64,000 nucleotides of DNA from a virus. Positions 37,083 to 46,875 of the stretch are shown here, piece by piece. The stretch spans positions 38,593-102,592 of IMG/VR virus record IMGVR_UViG_3300047198_000026, one strand, 5' to 3'. Below the pieces are notes generated by a model. The model saw only the letters and a program-made list of their open reading frames with translations, was not told where the DNA came from and did no database searches. The position numbers and the translations under genes are program-made. Every line of letters begins with the position of its first letter. The first letter of the stretch is position 1.

Positions 37083-37834
37083 GATGCCAAATAGAGGTTA
37101 CAAATTACTGTAATTTTAGTTGTCATGGGTGTCTAAGGAATACCATGAAGAGACCCTTGGGTCTAATGTCCATGGGAACCTTTGAGAATTCTTTAAGCTT
37201 GTGTAGGAGGTTGGGTGTAGGAGAAGTCTGGTTACATAACTGGGGGGAACCCCTGCTTCATCCATATCTCGTTAGGTTGGTACGGATTGCCTCAGAAAAT
37301 TTTAAAGTTGGATTTACAACCAATGGATCTCTACTTAATAGTTATATCCTGAATAATCTGGCAGATTCCGGTCTTACCTATCTTGATCTCAGCGTCAATG
37401 TTAACACTCCACCAAACTTGTTATGTCAGATCTTTAAGATGTATGAACTGGGGAATAGGTTGGGCATACAAACATCTTTACGGTGTGTCATTTTTTCAAC
37501 CGAGGAATTCTGGAGGATAAAGGCCATTGTGGATGATATCCTAAAGGTTAAATGGCAGAGGGGAATGGTTCATAGTAAGAAGGCCCTCCGGACTGCCAAT
37601 TGTCCAGCCATAGACACTATGTTTGTAATCTACTGGGATGGGACTGTGGTTCCCTGTTGTCAGGTAGCAGATGGAGAGATGATGTATACAACTGTTTCAT
37701 CTAAATACGCATATAGAGAAATCCTTGAGGGAATCCAAAGTATCTACTGTGATCCCCCAGAGTACTGTAGGACCTGTACTGAGGTCAAGTGTAAAATTCC
37801 TGTGGGTTATAAATTAGGAGAAGAGCATGCATGA
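37079..37834 (+). CDS. Radical SAM protein with SPASM/twitch-like tail
   Basis: EVTNYCNFSCHGC, WGEPLLHP, TTNG, WDGTVVPCC. Confidence 0.88.
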   Translation: MRCQIEVTNYCNFSCHGCLRNTMKRPLGLMSMGTFENSLSLCRRLGVGEVWLHNWGEPLLHPYLVRLVRIASENFKVGFTTNGSLLNSYILNNLADSGLTYLDLSVNVNTPPNLLCQIFKMYELGNRLGIQTSLRCVIFSTEEFWRIKAIVDDILKVKWQRGMVHSKKALRTANCPAIDTMFVIYWDGTVVPCCQVADGEMMYTTVSSKYAYREILEGIQSIYCDPPEYCRTCTEVKCKIPVGYKLGEEHA

Positions 37835-38543
37835 GGAATTAGATCGGTTTGTAAGTATCTATTCTAGTGAATTCCAGTCCCTCCACCATAGAAAGTTAAA
37901 GCAATACAGATATAGGGTCATGTGCCCTTTCTTTCTAAACGGAAGATGCTTAGACTTGGGATGTGGTGATGGGACTATAACTCAGTGGCTGGCCAACGCC
38001 TTTGAAGATCTAACGGTGGTAGATGGATCGCAGCAACTTTTGGATCGATTGTCCCCTTTTCCTAACCTCACAAAGATACATGGGTATTTTGAGGACCTTC
38101 CTAAATTGCTTCCTCCCAACAAGCTTTACAATACAATAATCCTATCCCACAGTTTAGAACATATTGAAAAGCCTAGAGATGTCCTGAATGACATTAAGAC
38201 TTTTCTGGATGGTAATGGAAGAGTTATAATTGTGGTCCCCAACGGTAATTCTCTTCATAGACAGTTGGGAGTGAAGATGGGGTTATTGAAGTATAGGTGT
38301 GAACTACATGGTCCAGAAAGGGCCGTGGGTCATAAGAAGGTTTATACTCTGGATGCCTTAAAAAGCGAACTTCAAGATGTGGGGTTTAGTGTGGTGGCCT
38401 CCGGGGGATTCTTTTTAAAAACCTTATCGGCTAAACAGATGGATGAGAGTTGGACGGAAGAAATGATGGATGGTTTCTATGAGTTGGGTAAAGACTATCC
38501 AGAGATGGATGCGGAGATATTTGCCATATGCGAGCTTCGTTAA
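37827..38543 (+). CDS. Class I SAM-dependent methyltransferase
   Basis: LDLGCGDG, SHSLEHI, VPN. Confidence 0.88.
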   Translation: MHEELDRFVSIYSSEFQSLHHRKLKQYRYRVMCPFFLNGRCLDLGCGDGTITQWLANAFEDLTVVDGSQQLLDRLSPFPNLTKIHGYFEDLPKLLPPNKLYNTIILSHSLEHIEKPRDVLNDIKTFLDGNGRVIIVVPNGNSLHRQLGVKMGLLKYRCELHGPERAVGHKKVYTLDALKSELQDVGFSVVASGGFFLKTLSAKQMDESWTEEMMDGFYELGKDYPEMDAEIFAICELR

Positions 38544-39790
38544 AAGACAGGATACTTCTAGTTAATCCACCCTACTCCTTACCATGGACATATGAGGGGG
38601 TTGGCCATTTAGGTCTAGGCTACATTTCCAGTTACCTAAAGTCAAAGGGTTACAGGAATGTAGAGATTATTAGTGGATCGTTCTCCGAGTTGAATTCCCG
38701 ATTAGAAACGTTCCAACCCCACTACGTAGGGATTTCAGTTCCCTTTACCGTATCTTACCCTAACGCCTTGAAGGCTGCCATGCTGGTGAGGATGGCCAAT
38801 GACACTACTATCGTGGTTATGGGGGGATGTCATCCCTCTGCCTGTCCAGAGGAAGTGTCAGAGAATGAATGTGTGGATTATGTGGTGAAGGGTGAGGGTG
38901 AAGAGGCTTTCCTATTGCTGTTAGAAGGAATTGAGAGTCCAATTATAGAACGCCGTATAAAAGACTTGGATGCCCTGCCATTTCCTGATAGACCCGAGTT
39001 TAACAAAGAGCGCGTGGGCATAGTAACCTCAAGAGGTTGCCCATTCAACTGCTCCTTCTGTTCTGTCAGAAGTTCTTGGGGGAGTACTTGGCGAGCTAGA
39101 AGTCCAGAGAACGTGATAAAGGAAATTAAATCCCTGAATGTCCCTTTCATCTCATTTGAGGATGACAACCTGACATTGGACAGAGATAGGTCAGAACGTC
39201 TTTTCTCCTTGCTGAAAGAGTGTAAGGTTCAATGGAACACTCCTAACGGATTATATATTAACTCATTAGATAAGGACCTATTAAAATTGATGAGGGACTC
39301 CGGGTGTGTGTCCGTGAACTTGGCAATCGAAAGTGGAGATGACTTTATTAGAAATAAAGTGGTGGGTAAAAACCTAAAGAGGGGAAAGATAAAAGAAGTG
39401 GTGGCTGACTGTAGAGAACTGGGGATATTGACGTTGGCCTATTTTGTCATAGGGATGCCTCTGGAGACCTTTGATAGTATGTGTAGGTCATTAGAGTTTG
39501 CCCAAGAATTGATGCCAGATGCCATCAACGTTATGATTGCCACCCCCTATCCCGGAAGTAGGCTTTATGACGACTGTGTGGCCAAGAACTACCTTCTATC
39601 CACTGACTATAGTACCTTTAACGTTCAGACAGACTGTGTAATAGAAACCCCTTATCTGAAGGCTGAGGATGTCAAGAAGTTCAGGGGTTTCTTTTTAAAA
39701 GAGTTTGCCCTTTATCATGATGCTCATAGCCCTGTTCCCACGGAGGAGAAGAGGAGGATAATAAGGAGAAGAGATGATTCAACTATTTAA
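38528..39790 (+). CDS. Cobalamin-binding radical SAM enzyme
   Basis: MGGCHPS, GEGE, TSRGCPFNCSFC, IESG, PYPGS. Confidence 0.92.
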   Translation: MRASLKDRILLVNPPYSLPWTYEGVGHLGLGYISSYLKSKGYRNVEIISGSFSELNSRLETFQPHYVGISVPFTVSYPNALKAAMLVRMANDTTIVVMGGCHPSACPEEVSENECVDYVVKGEGEEAFLLLLEGIESPIIERRIKDLDALPFPDRPEFNKERVGIVTSRGCPFNCSFCSVRSSWGSTWRARSPENVIKEIKSLNVPFISFEDDNLTLDRDRSERLFSLLKECKVQWNTPNGLYINSLDKDLLKLMRDSGCVSVNLAIESGDDFIRNKVVGKNLKRGKIKEVVADCRELGILTLAYFVIGMPLETFDSMCRSLEFAQELMPDAINVMIATPYPGSRLYDDCVAKNYLLSTDYSTFNVQTDCVIETPYLKAEDVKKFRGFFLKEFALYHDAHSPVPTEEKRRIIRRRDDSTI

Positions 39791-40883
39791 ACCAGTATAT
39801 CCGAAAGAAACCGCAGACGCTGTCTGCACAATCTTGAACTCTGGATGGACCGGTCTGGGACCACAGACTCAAGAGTTTGAAGTGGAGTTTGCCAACTATG
39901 TAAGGGCAAAGTATGCTGTTGCCTTTAACTCTGGAACAGCTGCCTTGAAAGCCGCTTTAAATTTCCTTCCCCCATCTTCGAAACTCTATTATGTCATCAC
40001 CTCTCCTCTCACATTCATTAGCGCCGTTCATGTCATCGATCAGGAGTACTTTACTCCATTATTTGCCGATATAGAACCTGCCACTGGTAATATTGATCCA
40101 AACTCCATAGAGAGTTTGTGTAAAGAACATAAAGATCACATAGCAGCCGTGATAGTAACCCACTATGGAGGTCAACCTGTAGATTTGGACGCGATCCATT
40201 ATCTATCAGGGAAATACGGATTTAGAGTTATAGAGGATGCAGCCCATGCTTGTGGGGCTAGGTATCAAGGAAACCTGATTGGAGGAACATCAGAGTTCTG
40301 TTGTTTTTCCTTTCAATCGGTTAAGAACCTTGCTATAGGGGATGGAGGAATGGTGACTACGGATAACGAAGAGGCAAGAGATCACATGAGGAAGTGGAGA
40401 TGGTGTGGGATCGATAAGTCAACTGCTGATAGGACAGGCTCCTCTTACAGTTGGGACTATAATGTCCCCTTCGTGGGAGAGAAGGCCCATATGAATGACA
40501 TCATGGCAGCTATCGGATTGGTGCAACTGGCACATCTGGAGGAAGGAAATATGTATAGGAGGTTATTGGTAAGTTTGTATTACAATGAGTTACACGGGAT
40601 TGAGGGGATAACCCTATTACCCACACTATTTGACAGGCTGTCATCCTGTCATTTAATGCCCATACTGGTAGACAAAAGGGATTTATTGATGGAGAGGTTG
40701 AAGGAGAAGGGGATTCAGACGGGGGTTCACTACCGCCCAGCTTACTACTATCCAATGTACAAACAGGATTCTCTGCCAAATGTGGAGGAGTTCTTCCGGA
40801 AAGAACTGTCTTTACCCCTACATTTAGAACTGACGCCAGAGGATGTGAATTACATTTGTAAGGAAATAAAGGAGGCGATATGA
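39774..40883 (+). CDS. DegT/DnrJ/EryC1/StrS sugar aminotransferase
   Basis: NSGTAAL, IEDAAHACG, SFQSVKNL..GDGG. Confidence 0.92.
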   Translation: MIQLFKPVYPKETADAVCTILNSGWTGLGPQTQEFEVEFANYVRAKYAVAFNSGTAALKAALNFLPPSSKLYYVITSPLTFISAVHVIDQEYFTPLFADIEPATGNIDPNSIESLCKEHKDHIAAVIVTHYGGQPVDLDAIHYLSGKYGFRVIEDAAHACGARYQGNLIGGTSEFCCFSFQSVKNLAIGDGGMVTTDNEEARDHMRKWRWCGIDKSTADRTGSSYSWDYNVPFVGEKAHMNDIMAAIGLVQLAHLEEGNMYRRLLVSLYYNELHGIEGITLLPTLFDRLSSCHLMPILVDKRDLLMERLKEKGIQTGVHYRPAYYYPMYKQDSLPNVEEFFRKELSLPLHLELTPEDVNYICKEIKEAI

Positions 40884-41215
40884 AAGTGAAACCTAAGGAA
40901 GAACCACAGAAGAATATTGTAGTAGGAACTCCTATAACAAGTGATACCCCAGGAGAGGACCAAGAGGCCTACCTAAAAGTAACCTCTACAAAAGACATCC
41001 TGATTAGGGGGGGTAAGAAAATTATTACAGAGATAACTAGTGTTAAAACTCTAGCCTTGGGGGGGATTTTTGTCTTACTCTTTCTACAAAAGATTGATGC
41101 TATGTGGGGGATTATTGGAATTACAACCCTAACTGGAGTTAGGGAAATCCCAATTGATGCCATTGTAAACCTCTACAAAAACAAAATCAATGGGAAAAAT
41201 GGAGGTAAAAAATAA
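40880..41215 (+). CDS. Holin-like membrane protein
   Basis: Two short hydrophobic segments and a basic C-terminus; precedes the spanin-like pair. Confidence 0.45.
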   Translation: MKVKPKEEPQKNIVVGTPITSDTPGEDQEAYLKVTSTKDILIRGGKKIITEITSVKTLALGGIFVLLFLQKIDAMWGIIGITTLTGVREIPIDAIVNLYKNKINGKNGGKK

Positions 41216-41610
41216 TGTTTACATGGATAGGAAATCATTGGAAGCTATTGGCTTTGGGGTTAGCCGTTCTTCTCATTGCCTACGGAGTCTGGAGCCGAAC
41301 AGATAAAACGTTATTCGACATGCTAGCCCGACAATACCAGCAAGTAGAAAGTAAAGTTGTTGCTGATCTCCAGAAGGAGAAGGCTCAATTGAAACAGGAG
41401 AAAGCTACCATCCAAAATCAATTAACCCAAGTACAAAAAGACAGGATCGCGTTACAGGCTAAATATACAGACATAGAAAGGAGGTATCATGAACTGCAGG
41501 ACAAGTTTTCAAAAATTGTTGTTCCCACTGATATTGATGAGCTTATTGCTGATCTTCGCAAACGTGGCTACGGCAGTGCCACCCGTGCCCCCCGTCCTAG
41601 TGGTAAATGA
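41215..41610 (+). CDS. Inner-membrane spanin-like protein
   Basis: N-terminal TM followed by a long coiled coil. Confidence 0.55.
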   Translation: MFTWIGNHWKLLALGLAVLLIAYGVWSRTDKTLFDMLARQYQQVESKVVADLQKEKAQLKQEKATIQNQLTQVQKDRIALQAKYTDIERRYHELQDKFSKIVVPTDIDELIADLRKRGYGSATRAPRPSGK

Positions 41611-41947
41611 GGGAGCTTGGTTTAGTTATGAAGACATTCGCCAGATAGATAAGGACAAACAAGAGCTAGACATTCTGAAGGACATTGTAACTACCTTAGA
41701 AGAAGCCAACCTTAATCTAACTAAACAGAATGAGGATCTCATAAAGGAAGCCAAGTACCAGAAGCAGCTTACGGACATAGCTGAAAGAGAAGCAGCTGCT
41801 TCAGATAAGGCATTTCAGCAGATGAAAGAGATCTCTGACAAATGGCAGGAGTTGGCCAAAGCTACGCAAAAACCAAAGATAAGTTTTCCTCAAATACTGG
41901 GGGGAATAATTGCAGGGATTATAGCGGGGATATTCATAGCCAAATGA
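41489..41947 (+). CDS. Overlapping spanin partner-like protein
   Basis: Overlaps the previous gene by 122 nt; signal peptide, coiled coil and C-terminal hydrophobic helix; no lipobox Cys. Confidence 0.45.
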   Translation: MNCRTSFQKLLFPLILMSLLLIFANVATAVPPVPPVLVVNEGAWFSYEDIRQIDKDKQELDILKDIVTTLEEANLNLTKQNEDLIKEAKYQKQLTDIAEREAAASDKAFQQMKEISDKWQELAKATQKPKISFPQILGGIIAGIIAGIFIAK

Positions 41948-42330
41948 GACAGCCATTTGTGAGACCTAAAAAAATAACGATTGGGTCCTGGAAGTATAGG
42001 ATCCACTATATAAGTGGGGATAAGAAGAAGAACCCATTGGAGGGACGTAGTTGGGCTGTAGTGGATATTGGATCCAGAGATATCTGGGTTGATAAATCCC
42101 TAACGCCCAGAGAAGTAAGGTTTGTTTTAGTCCATGAGGTACTACATGCAGTTTCAGATGCTATTGAGGGAAGAAATAACAAATTTAGGAAGGAAGAGTA
42201 TTGTAGACCATTTACCTGCTTTTTGATCAATGCCTTGGAGAGTTCAGGTTTATTTCCAGAATATCCTGGAAAGGTTATAGAAAAGGCAAAGGATAAATGC
42301 AATCCAAAGGCCATAGGTAAGATAAAGTGA
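41944..42330 (+). CDS. Small HExxH metallopeptidase-like phage protein
   Basis: IWVDKSL...VLVHEVLHA; ATGA overlap at 41944. Confidence 0.6.
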   Translation: MRQPFVRPKKITIGSWKYRIHYISGDKKKNPLEGRSWAVVDIGSRDIWVDKSLTPREVRFVLVHEVLHAVSDAIEGRNNKFRKEEYCRPFTCFLINALESSGLFPEYPGKVIEKAKDKCNPKAIGKIK

Positions 42331-42558
42331 GCCCAGAAAGATATGGCCTATCCTTTTATACTCCCACCATTTTCTCTTCTCAAACTCCTTACACCATCCA
42401 AATTCAGGTTCTAGGTGTTCCACATATGTCATGGAAAGACCACTAGGGTTTAGACGTTCTGCAATTCTCAGCTTGTCACATCTCTCCTGTTTCTCATAAG
42501 AAATCCAATATGTACATTTCCGGCAGTTAACGTGGACCTTATTTTTTGAAATTTCCAT
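42250..42558 (-). CDS. Small Cys-containing protein with MEISKN N-terminal tag
   Basis: GAGG RBS, CRKC motif, C-terminal hydrophobic segment. Confidence 0.55.
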   Translation of the reverse strand: MEISKNKVHVNCRKCTYWISYEKQERCDKLRIAERLNPSGLSMTYVEHLEPEFGWCKEFEKRKWWEYKRIGHIFLGSLYLTYGLWIAFILCLFYNLSRIFWK

Positions 42559-42663
42559 AGGGTTTCTTCCTCTTATAAAATTCTGGATACGATTTCCTTA
42601 ATGACTTCAGAATTTCCTCTGCTGTGGCAGGTTCAGCTACATGTACCTTGGGTTTTATTTTTT

Positions 42664-44448
42664 TCATACTATCCTTGAGATTCCATCCTTGTCTCTTCTG
42701 ACAAAAATCTCATGGTCAAAGGAGCTCTTAAAGACGTCCTGATGACTAATAACAACGATCGTTCCAATCTCTTTCTTCATATCCTTAAGAAGGTCAAGTA
42801 AATCCTCCTGCCCACTCTTATCAATCGATATGTCCAAAACCTCATCCAGTAAGAGAAAGTCAAACGCGTTTACCCCAAGATCCAAGGCCCACCGGCGAAT
42901 GGCAAAGAGCATTACTGCATTTATCCTTGCCCTCTGGCCATCTGACAATCCCCAGTAGTTCACCTTCTGATCGTCCATTTTAATAACAATCTCAATCTCC
43001 TCCCTAAAGGCGCCACTCTTTAATTCCTTTTGGGGGGCAATCTCTAAGGAGAGTCTCTCTGATGTAATTTTAGAGAGATACATATTGGCCAGAAATTGTA
43101 AACGTCCAAAGGCCTTCTCAATGATAAAGGACACTACCCCAGCTTTACTGAATACCCACTTTAGGTAGGAAAAGAGATCAATGTCCTTGGCCACCTGGAC
43201 CTTTCTGGCCTCTAGCATTTGCTGTGAGTTGCCCATTTGTTGGAGGTCCTCCTGCTGTTGTAGGAGGAGTTTATCATAGGGAGATACCTTGGCTTGTTCG
43301 TCAGCAATCTGTTTATTAATGGACTGGATACGCTCTTGAGATGATTTGACGTCCATCTCATACTTCAGCTCCTCCATCTCAATAGACTTGAGCTGCTGTT
43401 GGAGACTAAAGAGGGTATTGGTCATTTCTGTAGCCTTGGCTATTCTATCCCTCTGGGATTTAAGCTCCCTATCATACTTGTTAATCATTCTCTTCCAAGA
43501 ATCCAGTTGGGACTGCATAGCAGCTTTTCCCTGTTGTAGGGGCACACACTGGGAACAATCCTCTATGGGGCCTTTACCCTGCATCAGGTTGAACATATTG
43601 TCATGCTGATTCATCAGGACAGCCCGATCGGCGGACACCATGGCTATTCGCTCATTGGCCTCAGTAATGGTGGGTCCACATTGGGATTCCAAAACAGTGA
43701 CTTGGTTCTTAATATTCTGTTTGACAACGCCAGAGGGAGGACTCCCTGTTATTGATGTATCTCTTCCGTCTTCCAACCCTTTGATCTTGAGGGCTTTGGC
43801 TTCGTCGAACTCATCTTGAGCTTTTCTGTAGGTTGACGCTCTTTCAATCCCTTTCTGGATTTCAGATTTGATTGTTGCCAATCGTCTTTCAATATCGCCG
43901 TATTCGAGGTCGAGGGTGTCGTGGTTTTTACCTGCTTTCTTGTAGGCCTCGTCGATCTTGTCAAGGTTGAGGATACCTTTGAAGAGTTCCTTCTTACTGG
44001 TGTCAGTGGAAGCACCGAGAAACTGAACCTGCCCCTGAGAGAAGGCGGTTGACCTAACAAAGGTGAAGTAATCACTTCTAAAGGTGCTTTCAATGATTCT
44101 CTGAACATCAGTCTTGTTACCAAGTTGTGAAACGCCTCCAATTGAAAAAGCAAGGTTTCGCGGTCCTCGTTCGATAATGTAATCTGTTTTTCCATCAGTT
44201 ACCTCCAATTTAACGTAACAACTGTCTGTTCCCCATCGGACAACATCCTGACCAGTTAGTCCTTTGGTGGTCTTGTTGAAAAGGGCCCAGCAGATGGCTG
44301 AAACAATACTGCTCTTCCCTGACCCATTACTATCCCCATTCTTGTCATTGAATCCAGAAATGAAGTACAGCCCGGGCTTTGAGAAATCGATCGTGGCCTC
44401 CTTGAAAGATAGGAAGTCTTTGATAACAAGGGATTTTAGGTGGAACAT
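42664..44448 (-). CDS. SbcC/Rad50-like ATPase (T4 gp46-like)
   Basis: Walker A NGSGKSS, coiled coil with CSQC hook, LSDGQ signature, LLLDE, ISH. Confidence 0.93.
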   Translation of the reverse strand: MFHLKSLVIKDFLSFKEATIDFSKPGLYFISGFNDKNGDSNGSGKSSIVSAICWALFNKTTKGLTGQDVVRWGTDSCYVKLEVTDGKTDYIIERGPRNLAFSIGGVSQLGNKTDVQRIIESTFRSDYFTFVRSTAFSQGQVQFLGASTDTSKKELFKGILNLDKIDEAYKKAGKNHDTLDLEYGDIERRLATIKSEIQKGIERASTYRKAQDEFDEAKALKIKGLEDGRDTSITGSPPSGVVKQNIKNQVTVLESQCGPTITEANERIAMVSADRAVLMNQHDNMFNLMQGKGPIEDCSQCVPLQQGKAAMQSQLDSWKRMINKYDRELKSQRDRIAKATEMTNTLFSLQQQLKSIEMEELKYEMDVKSSQERIQSINKQIADEQAKVSPYDKLLLQQQEDLQQMGNSQQMLEARKVQVAKDIDLFSYLKWVFSKAGVVSFIIEKAFGRLQFLANMYLSKITSERLSLEIAPQKELKSGAFREEIEIVIKMDDQKVNYWGLSDGQRARINAVMLFAIRRWALDLGVNAFDFLLLDEVLDISIDKSGQEDLLDLLKDMKKEIGTIVVISHQDVFKSSFDHEIFVRRDKDGISRIV

Positions 44449-45416
44449 AACAACTCCTTGGCTACCTTAATAGCCTCATCTTTGTCAATAATGGTGTTAG
44501 ATTCTTTAATAAAATTTTCTACTGTAACCTCAATGGGTTCCGTTGTCTTCTGCTCGAGACGCACGGGCTCTTCGGCCAATTCGTATTTGACTGTGACATT
44601 GGGTCCAAAGTCAGGTAACACAATTCCCCTCTCCTTTACTACAACTTGGAAATAGGCCCTTGGAGAGTCTTGTATATTCTCTAACATAATATCACAGTCT
44701 TCCTGACTTCCCACTAAGGGAAGTGTCCTGAACTGGGGAGAGTCAATAGGAACAAATTTCATCATAAAGGAATCCTTCAACAGATAGACCCCTTTGTCCT
44801 CTCCAGCATCCCCATGGTTATTCTGCATTACTGATCCAAGATACATAGCAGAACCCCACATCTGCCTCTTATGGATATGCCCTAGAAGTGACATGGTATA
44901 CGTTTGAAAAGACGATACGGCGACTCCCTCAGTTAGGGAGAACCCCAGCCCTGTTTTGGCCCCCATCACTGGCACATGCCCTAAAAGCAGATCGGCTTTG
45001 ATAGGTGGTAAAGGTTGTCCCCAAGGCACCATTACCACACGGTAGCTATCAAATACCACTTCTTTTACAGTGTCTACTACCGCAACTCCACTCATAGACT
45101 TAAACGGCTCGAAGAGGTTAATCCCCCTATGGATATCATGGTTCCCCACGATTAGCCAAACACACTTGGTGTGTTGTCTCAATTTGTCTACAATCCTGTA
45201 GGCTGCATCATAGATAACCTTGGGGAGGGTCTCTCCTAACTGATTGAACAGATCTCCCATGAAGACAATCCTGTCAGCCTGATACTCGTCTGCGACCTCA
45301 CAGACCTTATCTATGACCTTTTCTTGCTCTGCTAGTCTACTGTTGCGCCCATCAGGAAGGGTATAGGAATACTGTCTATATAAATCGATGTGAATATCCC
45401 CGAATAGAAGAATCAT
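44436..45416 (-). CDS. SbcD/Mre11-like metallophosphoesterase nuclease (T4 gp47-like)
   Basis: GDIH, GDLF, GNHD, GHIH motifs. Confidence 0.92.
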   Translation of the reverse strand: MILLFGDIHIDLYRQYSYTLPDGRNSRLAEQEKVIDKVCEVADEYQADRIVFMGDLFNQLGETLPKVIYDAAYRIVDKLRQHTKCVWLIVGNHDIHRGINLFEPFKSMSGVAVVDTVKEVVFDSYRVVMVPWGQPLPPIKADLLLGHVPVMGAKTGLGFSLTEGVAVSSFQTYTMSLLGHIHKRQMWGSAMYLGSVMQNNHGDAGEDKGVYLLKDSFMMKFVPIDSPQFRTLPLVGSQEDCDIMLENIQDSPRAYFQVVVKERGIVLPDFGPNVTVKYELAEEPVRLEQKTTEPIEVTVENFIKESNTIIDKDEAIKVAKELLCST

Positions 45417-45426
45417 TTCTCTCTCC

Positions 45427-45621
45427 TTATCCTGGAAACCAGGACAGATTACTCTTTCGTTTGCTGGGCACTTTTAAACTGGGTTCCTTCGTTGGCTTCA
45501 GGGGTTTAATCCCAATGTCTGGAGCCTTCATCCCAAGTTTGGGCATCTTAAAACTGGGAATCTTTAAGTCCTTTGGTTGTTTTACCTTAGGCATCCTTAA
45601 TGATAATCCTTTAGTTTTCAC
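45427..45621 (-). CDS. Small Lys/Pro-rich basic protein
   Basis: GGAGGTG RBS; repeated [KR].P[KS] units. Confidence 0.5.
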   Translation of the reverse strand: MKTKGLSLRMPKVKQPKDLKIPSFKMPKLGMKAPDIGIKPLKPTKEPSLKVPSKRKSNLSWFPG

Positions 45622-45635
45622 CTTTCTTCACCTCC

Positions 45636-46058
45636 TTATACTATCTCAATAGTAACTTCCCCTTCTTTAAGGCCATCCTGTAATTTGGTCAGGAAGGCAT
45701 TAAATGCATCTCTACTGTGTTCAATGAAGTCATCATCCTCTTTGGTTCCCAAAAGCACGCAACCTTCTGTGTCCTCTGGCCGGTTGCCAATGTGAATTCG
45801 GATACCTTCGAAGCAGGGAACATTTTCTATTAAAGGCATGGCTTTCCCGAAATGAGGGGAATAAGTAATATCAATAGTGTAATTTCCCCTAGGGATACAG
45901 GTTTCCCCATAGACCTTTGCAGAGCAGCCATTGTCCTCGATCTTCCGATCCGTGTCCTCAAGGGTGTGACACTCAAACTCCCCATCTATGGAGAGGTCCC
46001 CCAAGGTGCTCCTATCTGTGAATGTATGTCTCTCAAGTTTTAATTCCATCTTTCTCAT
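45636..46058 (-). CDS. DUF5675-family putative endolysin/peptidoglycan peptidase
   Basis: CHTLED...IPRGNY...NVP.FEGIRIHIGN..DTEGCVLLG. Confidence 0.75.
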   Translation of the reverse strand: MRKMELKLERHTFTDRSTLGDLSIDGEFECHTLEDTDRKIEDNGCSAKVYGETCIPRGNYTIDITYSPHFGKAMPLIENVPCFEGIRIHIGNRPEDTEGCVLLGTKEDDDFIEHSRDAFNAFLTKLQDGLKEGEVTIEIV

Positions 46059-46254
46059 CTCCTATCAAAACAGCTAAATCCTCAGATGCAACATGGAATC
46101 CGGAATCGAACCACGAGCCCCCTTCCCTAATGCAGCGTTCAGACTTTGATTGTCCCTTAAGACAAAAAACCCTATTGCCTTTCCTTCCCATGTGCCTACA
46201 CTTAGAGCACTTATCGCCAAAAAACTTCTGAGTCATTTCTACGGTAGCTTTCAT
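46033..46254 (-). CDS. Small Cys-rich hypothetical protein
   Basis: GGAGG RBS; CSKC...C...C. Confidence 0.5.
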   Translation of the reverse strand: MKATVEMTQKFFGDKCSKCRHMGRKGNRVFCLKGQSKSERCIREGGSWFDSGFHVASEDLAVLIGDEKDGIKT

Positions 46255-46441
46255 GGTTTCTTGTTTCCCTCCTTATGTCATCAAAGATTCGTAGTGCCCT
46301 GTCGTAGTCTAGATAGAGTTGTTCCCTCTTAAATCGATCTATTTCTTTGACCAGATCAAAGCACATCTTCCAGTTAGGACAGTTCTGGATCCCACAGAAG
46401 ATACAAAAGTCATCAAACCGCTCATTTGGACTTAGTTCCAC
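46211..46441 (-). CDS. Small Cys-rich protein with (M)ELSPN tag
   Basis: GTG start at 46441 behind GGAGG, in frame with track ORF 46211..46492. Confidence 0.55.
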   Translation of the reverse strand: MELSPNERFDDFCIFCGIQNCPNWKMCFDLVKEIDRFKREQLYLDYDRALRIFDDIRRETRNHESYRRNDSEVFWR

Positions 46442-46538
46442 ACTCAGACCTCCATATACATTCCGAACAGTGGTACGTAAATCCTTGATCAATCCACAGT
46501 TGGTATTTGCACGTAACTAGATTAGGACTTAGTTCCAT
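46422..46538 (-). CDS. Small Cys-rich protein with MELSPN tag
   Basis: ATG at 46538 behind GGAGG, in frame with track ORF 46422..46646. Confidence 0.55.
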   Translation of the reverse strand: MELSPNLVTCKYQLWIDQGFTYHCSECIWRSECGTKSK

Positions 46539-46761
46539 CTCGCCTCCACTCTCTCCATCCATACAGGTCAAAGAAAATGTAGAATAGCCAGATGACCGCT
46601 GACCCCCAGTCAGGTCTGAGAAAGATAAAATAATAGGAGAACCCAAAAGCAGTTCCCTCCCAGACTAACCAGCAGTAGTCATTTTTCTTGATGTTCAGAA
46701 AACACCCAAAGATAGATATGGCTGAGAAAAGCCACGGCCAAATTTTAATTATCAAGTCCAT
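46522..46761 (-). CDS. PnuC-like small membrane protein
   Basis: SIFGCFLNIKK..CWLVW...YGW.EW; three hydrophobic helices. Confidence 0.55.
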   Translation of the reverse strand: MDLIIKIWPWLFSAISIFGCFLNIKKNDYCWLVWEGTAFGFSYYFIFLRPDWGSAVIWLFYIFFDLYGWREWRRDGTKS

Positions 46762-46875
46762 ATTCTTATCCTAATACCCCAAAAACCTTTAGGGCAATTA
46801 AAAGGGTAACTGCTGTGCTCAAGATAGCAGCTAGAGTTCTGATGAGTTCAAGTCTCTTTTTCATCACTCTACTCC

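Noticed and set aside
24566-40883. Host O-antigen/capsule locus (prophage boundary or host DNA)
   Set aside because: No Wzx/Wzy/ABC export genes; it is flanked on both sides by phage genes and interspersed with phage-type HNH and small membrane ORFs.
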